From Minisyncoccia bacterium (GTDB taxonomy: Bacteria > Patescibacteriota > Minisyncoccia > Phycocordibacterales > PALSA-1337), in contig JBEKVT010000001.1 in assembly GCA_049997795.1 (NCBI GenBank), positions 312,241-376,240 of the forward strand: 64,000 bases of DNA, read 5' to 3'. The position numbers and the translations under genes were made by a program. The notes under the pieces are model-generated. The model worked only from the letters and a program-made list of their open reading frames with translations. It was not told where the DNA came from and ran no database searches. The number at the start of each line of letters is the position of its first letter. Positions within the stretch are counted from its first letter, which is position 1. Shown here piece after piece: positions 16,653 to 25,033 of this stretch.

Positions 16653-18062
16653 TCACTGCAGCCTTTTCACAGTCTCTTCTATCATCCCGCGGAAGCCGTG
16701 AGAGCCGAGGAAGGCGATGACGTCTCCCGGCTCGCGTTTTTCCGTGATATGGCTGACCAGAGCCTCATCGTCTTCGAGATAGACGGCGTTCTTGTGGCTC
16801 TTTCCGATGACTGATGTCAGCTCTTCGCCGTCGAAAGTCTTCTCCGGCTCGTTCGAGTCGACCTTCAATCTGGTCAGCTTCGGGATGACGACCATGTCTG
16901 CATCCCGGAAAGCATTCTTATAAGAGGGCACCGATTCCGGCGTCCGGTTCCCCGTGTTCGGCTCGTAGACGGCGATCACCTTGCCGGAATATATCTCCCG
17001 TAGGTTCTTCAGGACGGACCTGGCCTTTTCCGGCGAATGGGCGATGTCGTCTATGACCGTCGTCCCGCCGGAGAGCGGAGCCTCGAGGCGCTTCTCTAAT
17101 CTCCTCTTCATCCCCCTGAATCCGCGGATAGCCTCGAGTATCTCCTCCGGAGCGATGCCGATCTCCCTGGCCAAGGCGAAGCAGCCGGTCGCGTTCTCGG
17201 CGTTGTATTTGCCGAGGAGCGGGCTTTCGATGTCGTAGCGGAGGTCGCCGTGGATCACGCTCCACGCCAGGCCTCTCTCCGACTGGAAGACGTCTTCATA
17301 TCTGTACTTCGCGCGGGAAGATGTGCCGTAGCTTATGAAGTCCCGGCCGGCTTCGGCGAGCATCTTCGGCGCTTGGTCATCGTCGATACAGGCGACGATC
17401 ATGCCTTCTTTCGGCACTGACCTGATGAGGCCGCGGAACGCCTCGAAGTAGCTCTCTTCCGTCTTGTATATGTCGGCATGATCCCATTTGACGGCCGTAA
17501 GGAGGAGGTGCGTCGGCTTGTAATGGGCGAACTTCGGCCGCTGGTCCCACTTGGCGCTCGTGTATTCGTCTCCTTCGACCACGCTCCATTCGCCGGAATC
17601 GATGGCCGCCGACGGCAGGCCGTCCTGAGTGAGGCCGCCGATCATGTACGAAGGCTCCCGGCCGGCACGGCGGAGGATGTGCGTCAAAAGAGCGCTCGAA
17701 GTCGTCTTGCCGTAAGTGCCGGCCGCCACGATCGAGTTCTTCTTTATTATGAACTCGCCGACGGCCTCGGGATATGATTTGAAAGGGACCCCGTGCTCTT
17801 CCACGTAGGCAAGCTCCGGATTTTGGGTGGCGATCGCGTTGCCGACGACGACGAAATCCGGCGTGCCGTCCGCGATCATCTTCTCGGGATGCCAGCCGGC
17901 GTAATAGGGGATGCCGAGCTTGTCCAAATGGGTCGAGACCGGAGGGAAGAAGCCGGCATCGCTTCCGGTCACTTTATAGCCTTTCTCCCGGAGGGCGGTG
18001 GCCACAGCCGACATGGCCACGCCGCAGATGCCGATGAAATGGACTTTTTGAGGTTTGGCCAT
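16653..18062 (-). CDS. mpl: Mpl/MurC-family UDP-MurNAc peptide ligase (most like Mpl)
   Basis: HFIGICGVAM, GSD..FPPVST.L, VVGNAI..NPE, AGTYGKTTSS, EGDEY, DHADIY, RRLE and DDIAH. Confidence 0.85.
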   Translation of the reverse strand: MAKPQKVHFIGICGVAMSAVATALREKGYKVTGSDAGFFPPVSTHLDKLGIPYYAGWHPEKMIADGTPDFVVVGNAIATQNPELAYVEEHGVPFKSYPEAVGEFIIKKNSIVAAGTYGKTTSSALLTHILRRAGREPSYMIGGLTQDGLPSAAIDSGEWSVVEGDEYTSAKWDQRPKFAHYKPTHLLLTAVKWDHADIYKTEESYFEAFRGLIRSVPKEGMIVACIDDDQAPKMLAEAGRDFISYGTSSRAKYRYEDVFQSERGLAWSVIHGDLRYDIESPLLGKYNAENATGCFALAREIGIAPEEILEAIRGFRGMKRRLEKRLEAPLSGGTTVIDDIAHSPEKARSVLKNLREIYSGKVIAVYEPNTGNRTPESVPSYKNAFRDADMVVIPKLTRLKVDSNEPEKTFDGEELTSVIGKSHKNAVYLEDDEALVSHITEKREPGDVIAFLGSHGFRGMIEETVKRLQ

Positions 18063-18106
18063 GATAAGGCTCTATTTTAAGCCATTTTTCGAACCGTTGG
18101 AAGCTA

Positions 18107-18135
18107 TTGACATACATACTTTTATGATGTATACT
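18107..18135 (+). promoter_or_regulatory. Near-consensus sigma70 promoter for a small ORF
   Basis: TTGACA (18107-18112), 17-nt spacer, TATACT (18130-18135). Confidence 0.8.
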
Positions 18136-18155
18136 TAAAGAGAATTTGAGACACC

Positions 18156-18287
18156 ATGAAAATCAAGCTATTCCTTCTGACGGCAGTGGTCATCGTCGCG
18201 GCAGCCATCACCCTTGGTGCGGCGAGAGTCGTGTCCAATGGTACGGCTGCCAGGAACGCCGCTGTCGATGAGATCATGTCACAGTGA
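18156..18287 (+). CDS. 43-aa single-transmembrane or signal-like peptide (not in the ORF track)
   Basis: MKIKLFLLTAVVIVAAAITLGAARVVSNGTAARNAAVDEIMSQ*, flanked by a promoter and a terminator. Confidence 0.7.
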   Translation: MKIKLFLLTAVVIVAAAITLGAARVVSNGTAARNAAVDEIMSQ

Positions 18288-18305
18288 TCTCCGATCCTTC
18301 TTGCG

Positions 18306-18332
18306 AGCCCGCGCCTCACCGTGCGGGCTTTT
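18306..18332 (+). terminator. Rho-independent terminator of the small ORF
   Basis: AGCCCGCGC-CTCACC-GTGCGGGCT-TTT; overlaps the stop of the convergent gene. Confidence 0.6.
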
Positions 18333-18984
18333 CATTTAATATCTCTTTCAATGGTTCGACATCGGTCTGCCACTTCTCGCCGTCGAACCATTCGAGACCC
18401 TCGAACTGGAGCTTGTAAGTATCTGTCGGCCGCTGGAGCGAACCGAGATAGACGTACTTCATTCCGGCACCTTTAGCATATTGGACGGCCCGGATCATCA
18501 TGCCGAGGCCCATGTCTTTCGGCGCGGCGTTCAGGTCGTAGAACGGATAGGAATAGTGCAGGAAAGACGGATCCTGATGACAGATGGCATAGCCGACGAC
18601 GGAGCCTTGTTTGGAGTAGGTCAATAAGACATTGAAATTGCTTTTGGCATGGTCGGTCAAAAGCTCCTTGATCTTGTTGGCGCTCATCACGTCCGGGCCG
18701 AACTTGGCGGCATAGAAATCTTTCGCCATCTTGCCGATGGACCAATCGTACTCTTCCCGCAAGGGGAGCGTGACCGCTTCGATCTCGAGGCCCTCGGTCT
18801 TCTTCAATATCCGCCGGTTCTCGCTCGAGAGCTCGAACTTCGAGATGTCGATCCTGGCCGAGCGCGTTTGGTGCATGACTCCGCCGCCCTTGCGATTGAA
18901 AAGGAAGCCCCGGCCATACATGGCCGCGACCGGCTTCTCGGAAAGGTCGGAGATCGTTTCCTCTTTCCAGTGCAGGTATTCCAT
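18316..18984 (-). CDS. Aminoacyl-tRNA-protein transferase-like protein (ATE1/Bpt-type GNAT fold)
   Basis: RIDISKFELSSENRRILKK, YPFYD, G......A...G.KYVYLG and YK..F..LE match the ATE C-terminal pattern. The N-terminal Cys motifs are absent. Confidence 0.75.
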   Translation of the reverse strand: MEYLHWKEETISDLSEKPVAAMYGRGFLFNRKGGGVMHQTRSARIDISKFELSSENRRILKKTEGLEIEAVTLPLREEYDWSIGKMAKDFYAAKFGPDVMSANKIKELLTDHAKSNFNVLLTYSKQGSVVGYAICHQDPSFLHYSYPFYDLNAAPKDMGLGMMIRAVQYAKGAGMKYVYLGSLQRPTDTYKLQFEGLEWFDGEKWQTDVEPLKEILNEKPAR

Positions 18985-20112
18985 TTAATGCAGGGCCAGC
19001 CAGAAGCCGAAGACCACGAAGATGAAGTGGATGACCCAGAAGCGCATGACCGTCCTCTCCTCGCTCCATCCGGAAAGCTCGAAGTGATGGTGGAGAGGCG
19101 CCATCCGGAAGACCTTCCGGCCGAGGATGTAGCGCGACAGCACCTGGATGATGACGGACAAAGCCTCGATGTAGAACATGAAGCCCAGGAAGAAGAGCGA
19201 GCTCAATTCGCCTATGGCCATGGCATTCACTGCCAGAAGCGCGCCCAAGCCCAGAGAGCCGATGTCTCCCATCATGAATCGGGCCGGCTTGATATTGAAA
19301 TAGGTATAGGCCGCGAGCGAACCGGCGGCTATGGCGTTCATGACGGCGATCTCGCCGAAGCCGTTGATCCACGACAGCATGGTCAGGGCGGTGAAGGTGA
19401 TTATGAGCATGCCTCCAGCCAGGCCGTCCATGCCGTCGGCGATGTTGACGGCGTTGGCCGTGAACATGACGACCAGGACGATGATCGGCACGATGAACCA
19501 GCCGGCGTTCCAGGTCAGGTTCCAGGGGAAATAGACGAAATGCCAGGCCGGTCCGAGCTTGTCATATATCCACCAGGCGGTGATGGAGCCGGCGATGAAT
19601 TGGAGGATGAGCTTCTCGTGGACGAAGACGCCCTTGCCGGGCCGCGAGCCGAACCAGACCGACATTCGCTTGAAGGCCGTCCACGGCAGGGTGGCGGCGT
19701 ACCACAGGCGCATCTTCCAGTCATGATGGACTCGGATCAAAGTGAGGACGTGGTCTAGCTTTCTGGACCGCCGCTCGGCGCCATAGACGTTCATGATGTC
19801 GTCGATCATGCCCAGGGCCGCGGCCATGAGCATGATGCCGACCGGCACGTAGGTGAAGCTCCTGGACCAGTCGAAGAGATAAGTGAGCAGGGCGACGGTG
19901 AAGATGACCAGAAGCCCGCCCATGACGGGGGTAGTCGCCTTGTAAGCGTGTGAGCCTAGGGCGGCCAGCTCGACCTTGGCACCCTTCACGACGTGGAAAC
20001 GGGAGAGGAAGCGTATGAGAAGGGGCGCGAGGAGGAAGGCCACGAACGCGCCGAGGATGGAAAAACCGAAGATGTAGGCCAAATCGGCCGTGCCAGTGAG
20101 GAAAGTTATCAT
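18985..20112 (-). CDS. mraY: Phospho-N-acetylmuramoyl-peptide transferase (MraY family) with a large loop insertion
   Basis: TPVMGG, GMIDD, NAVNIADGMDGLA, FN..PA.FMMGD.GS, EALSVIIQV and MAPLHHHFE. Confidence 0.9.
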   Translation of the reverse strand: MITFLTGTADLAYIFGFSILGAFVAFLLAPLLIRFLSRFHVVKGAKVELAALGSHAYKATTPVMGGLLVIFTVALLTYLFDWSRSFTYVPVGIMLMAAALGMIDDIMNVYGAERRSRKLDHVLTLIRVHHDWKMRLWYAATLPWTAFKRMSVWFGSRPGKGVFVHEKLILQFIAGSITAWWIYDKLGPAWHFVYFPWNLTWNAGWFIVPIIVLVVMFTANAVNIADGMDGLAGGMLIITFTALTMLSWINGFGEIAVMNAIAAGSLAAYTYFNIKPARFMMGDIGSLGLGALLAVNAMAIGELSSLFFLGFMFYIEALSVIIQVLSRYILGRKVFRMAPLHHHFELSGWSEERTVMRFWVIHFIFVVFGFWLALH

Positions 20113-20133
20113 CCGCTCCAGAATATCACGAGA

Positions 20134-20916
20134 CTACAGCCACTTCAATCGGCGGAGCTCGGTTTTGGACGCCTTGGCTCTGGCCAGGAGGCGGTTGTCG
20201 ATGCCCTCTTTGCCCTCCTCGATCCAACGCTCCTCGATGATCGGCTTGTCCGGATCGGTTATCTCTATCGACCCCTGCTTCACGCCATTCCCGTATAAGC
20301 CGTCTTCCGGATAAGCCACCGCGTGGGAATAATTCATCTCGACCGGGGTTTGGTCGCGGTATTCGACCTGATGGACGACCAGGATATGATTGCGCCTGCC
20401 ATTGTCTTGTCCGGTCGTCATGGCAACGAAGTCGCCTGGCCGCGCGTCTCGAAGGGCGACAATGCGGCTGTTCTCGTCATGTGTGAGCGTATCTACATCG
20501 CAATTCTCGGCCGGCTGCATGGAACAGCGCATCTTGCCGAAAAGCCCCTTGCAGTTGACGAAAGAGATCTTGCCGTCGAGCGGGCCCTTACCTTGCTCCT
20601 CGTTCTCCGCCGAAAGGACGTAGTAGACGAAGGCGGAACAGTCTATGCCGATGTCGTTATCGACCAGGAGCTTCTTCAAGGATTCGTCGGCCAAGGCTTC
20701 GGTCGAGACGTGATGCTTGACCATGAAAGACTGGGTCTCATCCAAGATGTCTTCCGGGCTGCCCTTGCCGATCTTGGCGCGGAGGGTCATGCGGGCCCCG
20801 ACGGTTTTGTTATTGAAATAGGGGACAGAGCAGATGGCCGAGCCGACCTTGAAATGGAGATACTGGTCGATCACGGCGAGAGCGGCTGGCGAGAGGGTCT
20901 TGGTATTCATGGTCAT
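20134..20916 (-). CDS. NlpC/P60-like (papain-fold) peptidase/amidase
   Basis: GIDCSAFVYYVL (catalytic Cys), PGDFV, NHILVV (His) and YSHA; no signal peptide. Confidence 0.7.
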   Translation of the reverse strand: MTMNTKTLSPAALAVIDQYLHFKVGSAICSVPYFNNKTVGARMTLRAKIGKGSPEDILDETQSFMVKHHVSTEALADESLKKLLVDNDIGIDCSAFVYYVLSAENEEQGKGPLDGKISFVNCKGLFGKMRCSMQPAENCDVDTLTHDENSRIVALRDARPGDFVAMTTGQDNGRRNHILVVHQVEYRDQTPVEMNYSHAVAYPEDGLYGNGVKQGSIEITDPDKPIIEERWIEEGKEGIDNRLLARAKASKTELRRLKWL

Positions 20917-20921
20917 ACGTC

Positions 20922-22145
20922 CTACGCGACGTCCTGTTTCAGGGCATCCATGATCTCCTTGCCGCTTCCATTGAATTCGCCGTGCTTCTCCATGATGCCC
21001 TCCGTGCTCTGGATGCGGATGAGGTCGGCGTTCTCCTCGGTGTTAGGGTAAGTCACGACGTTGTAACCGGCGAGTTCGAGCGACCCGGCGGCGTCTTCAG
21101 GCACAGACTTCACGGTCTTGGTGACGCGCTGGACGATCTGGGCTCCGTCGGTCACTTCGATGATCGGCTTCGTAAGCGGCTGGCCGAGGAGAGCGGCGAT
21201 GTGAGCCTCGAAAGTCGTCAGGCCTTCGGCGCTCTTGGTGCGCCTCGCTTCTTCCTGCAAGGCCGATTCGAAAGTGACGGAGGCCGGCTGGCGGGCGTTG
21301 ACTTCGACGAGGAACAGCTTGCCGCTTGCGGCATCTTTGATGAGGTCGATGCCGAAGAGGCCGCGCCAGTATTCTTTCTGCATCTTCGCGCCGAGGTCGC
21401 GGACCAGATCCTTGATGAGCTGCATGTCCTCGGCCGAAAGGATGGCCTTAGCCAGAGCCCAATCGTTGCCGACCGTAGCGAATGGGCCGTCGGTGAACGG
21501 CGGAAGGCCGGTTATCTGATAGCTCGGGCTCGCGGCGTAGACGCCGTCGGGCGTCACGACCGCATTCACGGTGAATGATGGGCCCTTCACGTAAGCGGTG
21601 ATGCGGCTCCTGCGCTCGGGGAACTTCTCTTTCAGCGAATTAAGCTCAGCTTCGGAATTTACCAGGATGGTGCCGGCGCCGGTGTGGCCGTGGGCCCATT
21701 GGACGACGAAGGGCTCGCCGTTCCAGGCCACGCTCTTCATGAACTGGATGCGGTGCGATGGCAGGCAATGCTCCAGCTCGGCGAGCCAGGAGACCTGGCT
21801 TATCTTGTTCTCTATCTTCTCGGCCGTCATGGCCGGTGGATTGAGGAGCCGCCAGGCGTGCTCGCGGATGATCGGTTCGATGCGAGCGGTATTCTTGAAG
21901 ATGAGGAGATACGAGTTCGGGACAGCCAGGGCGGCCGCGGCCTTCTCATGTCGCAAGAGGTCGGCGGTGCCGAGGAGATCGCCATGGTCAGGCTCGACCA
22001 GGATGACTGAATCTCGGTACTCGTCCCTGATCTTTTCGCCGTAAGGCGTGCGGTTCGTGACTATGAGGTAATCCTCATTCGGGGCCATACCCAGGGCCCT
22101 TTCGATGTCCCGAGTCACATAGACTATCTTCTCTTTGACGGCCAT
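20922..22145 (-). CDS. ATP-grasp domain ligase
   Basis: ENK, PFVVQ..HGHTGAGT, YVKG, GLFGID and EVNAR. ATG 22145 has TACACT 7 nt upstream. Confidence 0.85.
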   Translation of the reverse strand: MAVKEKIVYVTRDIERALGMAPNEDYLIVTNRTPYGEKIRDEYRDSVILVEPDHGDLLGTADLLRHEKAAAALAVPNSYLLIFKNTARIEPIIREHAWRLLNPPAMTAEKIENKISQVSWLAELEHCLPSHRIQFMKSVAWNGEPFVVQWAHGHTGAGTILVNSEAELNSLKEKFPERRSRITAYVKGPSFTVNAVVTPDGVYAASPSYQITGLPPFTDGPFATVGNDWALAKAILSAEDMQLIKDLVRDLGAKMQKEYWRGLFGIDLIKDAASGKLFLVEVNARQPASVTFESALQEEARRTKSAEGLTTFEAHIAALLGQPLTKPIIEVTDGAQIVQRVTKTVKSVPEDAAGSLELAGYNVVTYPNTEENADLIRIQSTEGIMEKHGEFNGSGKEIMDALKQDVA

Positions 22146-22199
22146 GGACTGAAGTGTAGAGCGCGGGCGGCAAGCGCGCAAGTATGATATGTTAGGCCC

Positions 22200-22904
22200 A
22201 TGGCAACCCTTTATGTCGTCGGCACGCCCATAGGCAACCTCGAAGACGTCACTCTGAGGGCTCTCAAGGTCCTGGCCTCCGTTGACCTAATCCTCTGCGA
22301 GGATACGAGGGTGACCCGGCGGCTCCTCGAAAGGCACAGCATCAAGACCAAGACTCTCTCATACCACGCGCACAGCAAGCTCTCCCGCGTCGACGAGATC
22401 ATCGGGCTTCTCAAGGAAGGGAAGACATTGGCCCTTGTCTCCGATGCCGGCACGCCTGGAATTTCCGATCCTGGAACGGAATTGGTGGCGCGCATCAGGG
22501 AAAGTCTCTCCGGCGAGATATCACAAGGCCGTCTGAAGATAGAATCCGTGCCCGGACCGTCGGGCCTTACGGCGGCCCTCTCGGTCGCCGGGGTCCCATG
22601 CGCCGATTTCACCTTCCTGGGATTCCTGCCGCACAAGAAGGGCAGGGAGACCTTATTCCGCGAGATAGCGGCTTCGGAGCGCACGGTCGTCTTCTACGAA
22701 TCGCCGCACCGGATCATGAAGACGCTCGGATCACTCACGTCCCATTTGAAGGACGCGCCGGACAAGCGAGTGACCGTCTGTCGAGAGCTTTCGAAAGTCT
22801 TCGAGGAGGTCGTAGGCGGCACGGCTTCGGAAGTCCTGGCCTGTTTCAAGTCGGATCCCGGAACCGTGAGAGGCGAGTTCGTCGTGATTGTGAGCCTCCT
22901 CTAA
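22200..22904 (+). CDS. rsmI: 16S rRNA C1402 2'-O-methyltransferase
   Basis: LYVVGTPIGNLED, CEDTR, SDAGTPGISDPG, FLGFLP, YESPHR, RELSK and RGE. Confidence 0.97.
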   Translation: MATLYVVGTPIGNLEDVTLRALKVLASVDLILCEDTRVTRRLLERHSIKTKTLSYHAHSKLSRVDEIIGLLKEGKTLALVSDAGTPGISDPGTELVARIRESLSGEISQGRLKIESVPGPSGLTAALSVAGVPCADFTFLGFLPHKKGRETLFREIAASERTVVFYESPHRIMKTLGSLTSHLKDAPDKRVTVCRELSKVFEEVVGGTASEVLACFKSDPGTVRGEFVVIVSLL

Positions 22905-22925
22905 GGTGCGCTATAATCAGACATC

Positions 22926-23240
22926 ATGTCCAAAAGGCAGGCACTGATGCTCCTCGGCGTCTGGGTGATGCTCATCCCCGTGTTCTTCGGCTTTCCGGGA
23001 AGCTGGAACGAGCCTATCCTGATCGTCTCGGGCATCCTCATCGTCTTCATCGCTTATCGTTCTGAGCCGAGATCGCCCCAAGAACCGGCCGCTCCGGCTG
23101 ATGCGCCATATGTCGAACACCGCTCTGAACCGGCCGAGGCTTCACCCAACCCGCCCGTTCAGGACATGATCCCCCCAGCTGCTCCCCCCGCTCCATCTGA
23201 TACTCAGATTATCGACGATAACGCGGAGACGGCCTCATGA
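22926..23240 (+). CDS. Small two-TM membrane protein with a Pro-rich tail
   Basis: Two hydrophobic segments; TATAAT 8 nt upstream; ATGA overlap with the next gene. Confidence 0.75.
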   Translation: MSKRQALMLLGVWVMLIPVFFGFPGSWNEPILIVSGILIVFIAYRSEPRSPQEPAAPADAPYVEHRSEPAEASPNPPVQDMIPPAAPPAPSDTQIIDDNAETAS

Positions 23241-24454
23241 AGGGGATATGGTTCGCGGTCGCCTTCGCCGGCTGTATCGTCGTCATCCTGGCCTGTTATG
23301 CCTTTTTCGCATTCTCGCCGACGGCCCTGATCTTTTACCTTGACCAAGGAGCGCAGACGGCGACCGAAACCGGCGCGGCGGCCGTGAAGGCGCCGGTAGT
23401 CGCTCATCTCCCGACACCCATGCCGGTCAAGGCCGTATACATAACGGCATGCACGACCAGCTCGAAGCCACTGCGCGAAGCAGTCCTGTCGACTGTCGCC
23501 GGCACGGAGATAAATTCTCTGGCTATAGATCTCAAGGATTATACCGGCACGCTTTCGTACGCTTCGACCTCGGTATCCGAGCCGTACGGCCTCTCGACAT
23601 CCGGAAGACAGACCGGCTGCCGCATAAGCGACCTGCCGCAGTTCGTCACCGAGCTCCACGGGAAAGGCATATACGCGATCGGCCGCATCACGGTCTTCCA
23701 AGACCCGCTCTATGCCTCCGCCCATCCAGATCTGGCGGTGCAGAGCATCTCCCGGCCGGGAAGGCCGTGGACCGACAAGAACGGCCTGGCTTACATCGAC
23801 CCGGATTTCGCTCCGTACTGGGATCGCGTAGCCCAGATCGCCCTGGAGGCCCACTCCATCGGCTTTGACGAGATAAATTTCGATTACATCCGCTTCCCGT
23901 CAGACGGAGTCATGACCGACGCGGAGTTCGCTCTGCCGGCCTCGACGACCAAGGCGGCGGTCATCGCCGATTTCTTCGCATATCTCCAATCCAGGCTCAA
24001 GCCGGAAGGCGTCGTCATGTCGGCCGATCTCTTCGGCCAGACTACGGTCAATCGGGACGACCTCGGCATCGGCCAGATCCTGGAAGACGCCTTGCCTTAT
24101 TTCGATTACGTCTCGCCGATGGTCTATCCGTCGCACTTCGCGGACAATTTCGACGGTTATGCAAATCCGGCGGCTTACCCTTACGAGGTCGTGAGAAGCA
24201 CGATGATATCGGCCGTGGAGCGGGCGGCCGCCGCTTCGTCAACGCCCGACAAGCTCCGGCCATGGCTGCAGGCTTTCGACCTCGGCGCCGTCTATACTCC
24301 GGCTATGGTCCAAGCGGAGAAGCGGGCCGTCTACGATGCAGGCCTTTCCGGCTGGATGCTCTGGAATGCCGGCAGCCGTTACAACAAGGAAGAGCTCATG
24401 CCCGTCTCAGGCTCTGGAACGGAGGGAACCGCTACCGGCACGCCCGTCCGTTAA
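23237..24454 (+). CDS. Membrane-anchored putative glycoside hydrolase (DUF4015-like TIM barrel)
   Basis: N-terminal TM, IDLKD, GRITVFQD, FDEINFDYIRFP, SADLFG, IGQ, PMVYPSH, RPWLQAF and WNA. Confidence 0.85.
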   Translation: MKGIWFAVAFAGCIVVILACYAFFAFSPTALIFYLDQGAQTATETGAAAVKAPVVAHLPTPMPVKAVYITACTTSSKPLREAVLSTVAGTEINSLAIDLKDYTGTLSYASTSVSEPYGLSTSGRQTGCRISDLPQFVTELHGKGIYAIGRITVFQDPLYASAHPDLAVQSISRPGRPWTDKNGLAYIDPDFAPYWDRVAQIALEAHSIGFDEINFDYIRFPSDGVMTDAEFALPASTTKAAVIADFFAYLQSRLKPEGVVMSADLFGQTTVNRDDLGIGQILEDALPYFDYVSPMVYPSHFADNFDGYANPAAYPYEVVRSTMISAVERAAAASSTPDKLRPWLQAFDLGAVYTPAMVQAEKRAVYDAGLSGWMLWNAGSRYNKEELMPVSGSGTEGTATGTPVR

Positions 24455-24470
24455 GGCTGTCCACACCCCC

Positions 24471-24498
24471 TTGCTTTTTTCGCAAAAAGTGTTATCAT
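24471..24498 (+). promoter_or_regulatory. Putative sigma70 promoter
   Basis: TTGCTT-N16-TATCAT with a TG extension. Confidence 0.5.
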
Positions 24499-24660
24499 TC
24501 TGCCCCGGATGAATGTATGTGCGTTTTTAGCGCTTGTCCGGCTCTAAACCGCCGGAACACCCCTGTCAGGCGTCCCGCTTGAGAGGGGCGCGTCAATTGT
24601 AGTGACGAAGCGTGTTAACGAACGTACATGCATGCATGTCAGGAAATCGTCCTTACTACC

Positions 24661-24903
24661 ATGATTAAAGGGAAGTCATCGTCGGTTCCCGCCAGTAGCG
24701 GGAAGTCCATTCAAGCCGCACCGAGCGTCTCTGAAGGCTCTAGCGGTGTACCAAATACCGCCGGTCCCAAAGATGATGATGAATACGTGCCTCTCGATGA
24801 GGTACAAGCTCTCCAGAGCTTGGGCAGAGACCGCCGGGGATTCCTCCGTGCCGATCTCAGCCGTGCAGTCTTCATCTCACCGCGTTTCCGTGCCGGAGCT
24901 TGA
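24661..24903 (+). CDS. Possible small orphan protein (80 aa; alternative start 24628)
   Basis: ORF lies between a promoter-like site and a terminator. No recognisable motif; could be non-coding. Confidence 0.35.
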   Translation: MIKGKSSSVPASSGKSIQAAPSVSEGSSGVPNTAGPKDDDEYVPLDEVQALQSLGRDRRGFLRADLSRAVFISPRFRAGA

Positions 24904-24966
24904 AAAACTTCTCTGAACCTCGAACGGGCGATTCCAAGGAGGAAATCGCTCAAGACCGTCTAGTCC

Positions 24967-25002
24967 AGACCCCCGTCCAGCCAAGGAGGGGGTTTGTCTT
25001 TT
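24967..25002 (+). terminator. Terminator-like hairpin
   Basis: AGACCCCC...GGGGGTTT followed by GTCTTTT. Confidence 0.55.
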
Positions 25003-25033
25003 ATGCTATAATCTCAAAAACCGCCCTCTTTCT

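Noticed and set aside
24455-25033. tmRNA, RNase P RNA or TPP riboswitch
   Set aside because: No tRNA-like ends, no GAGGAAAGUCC P4 motif and no complete TPP consensus on either strand.
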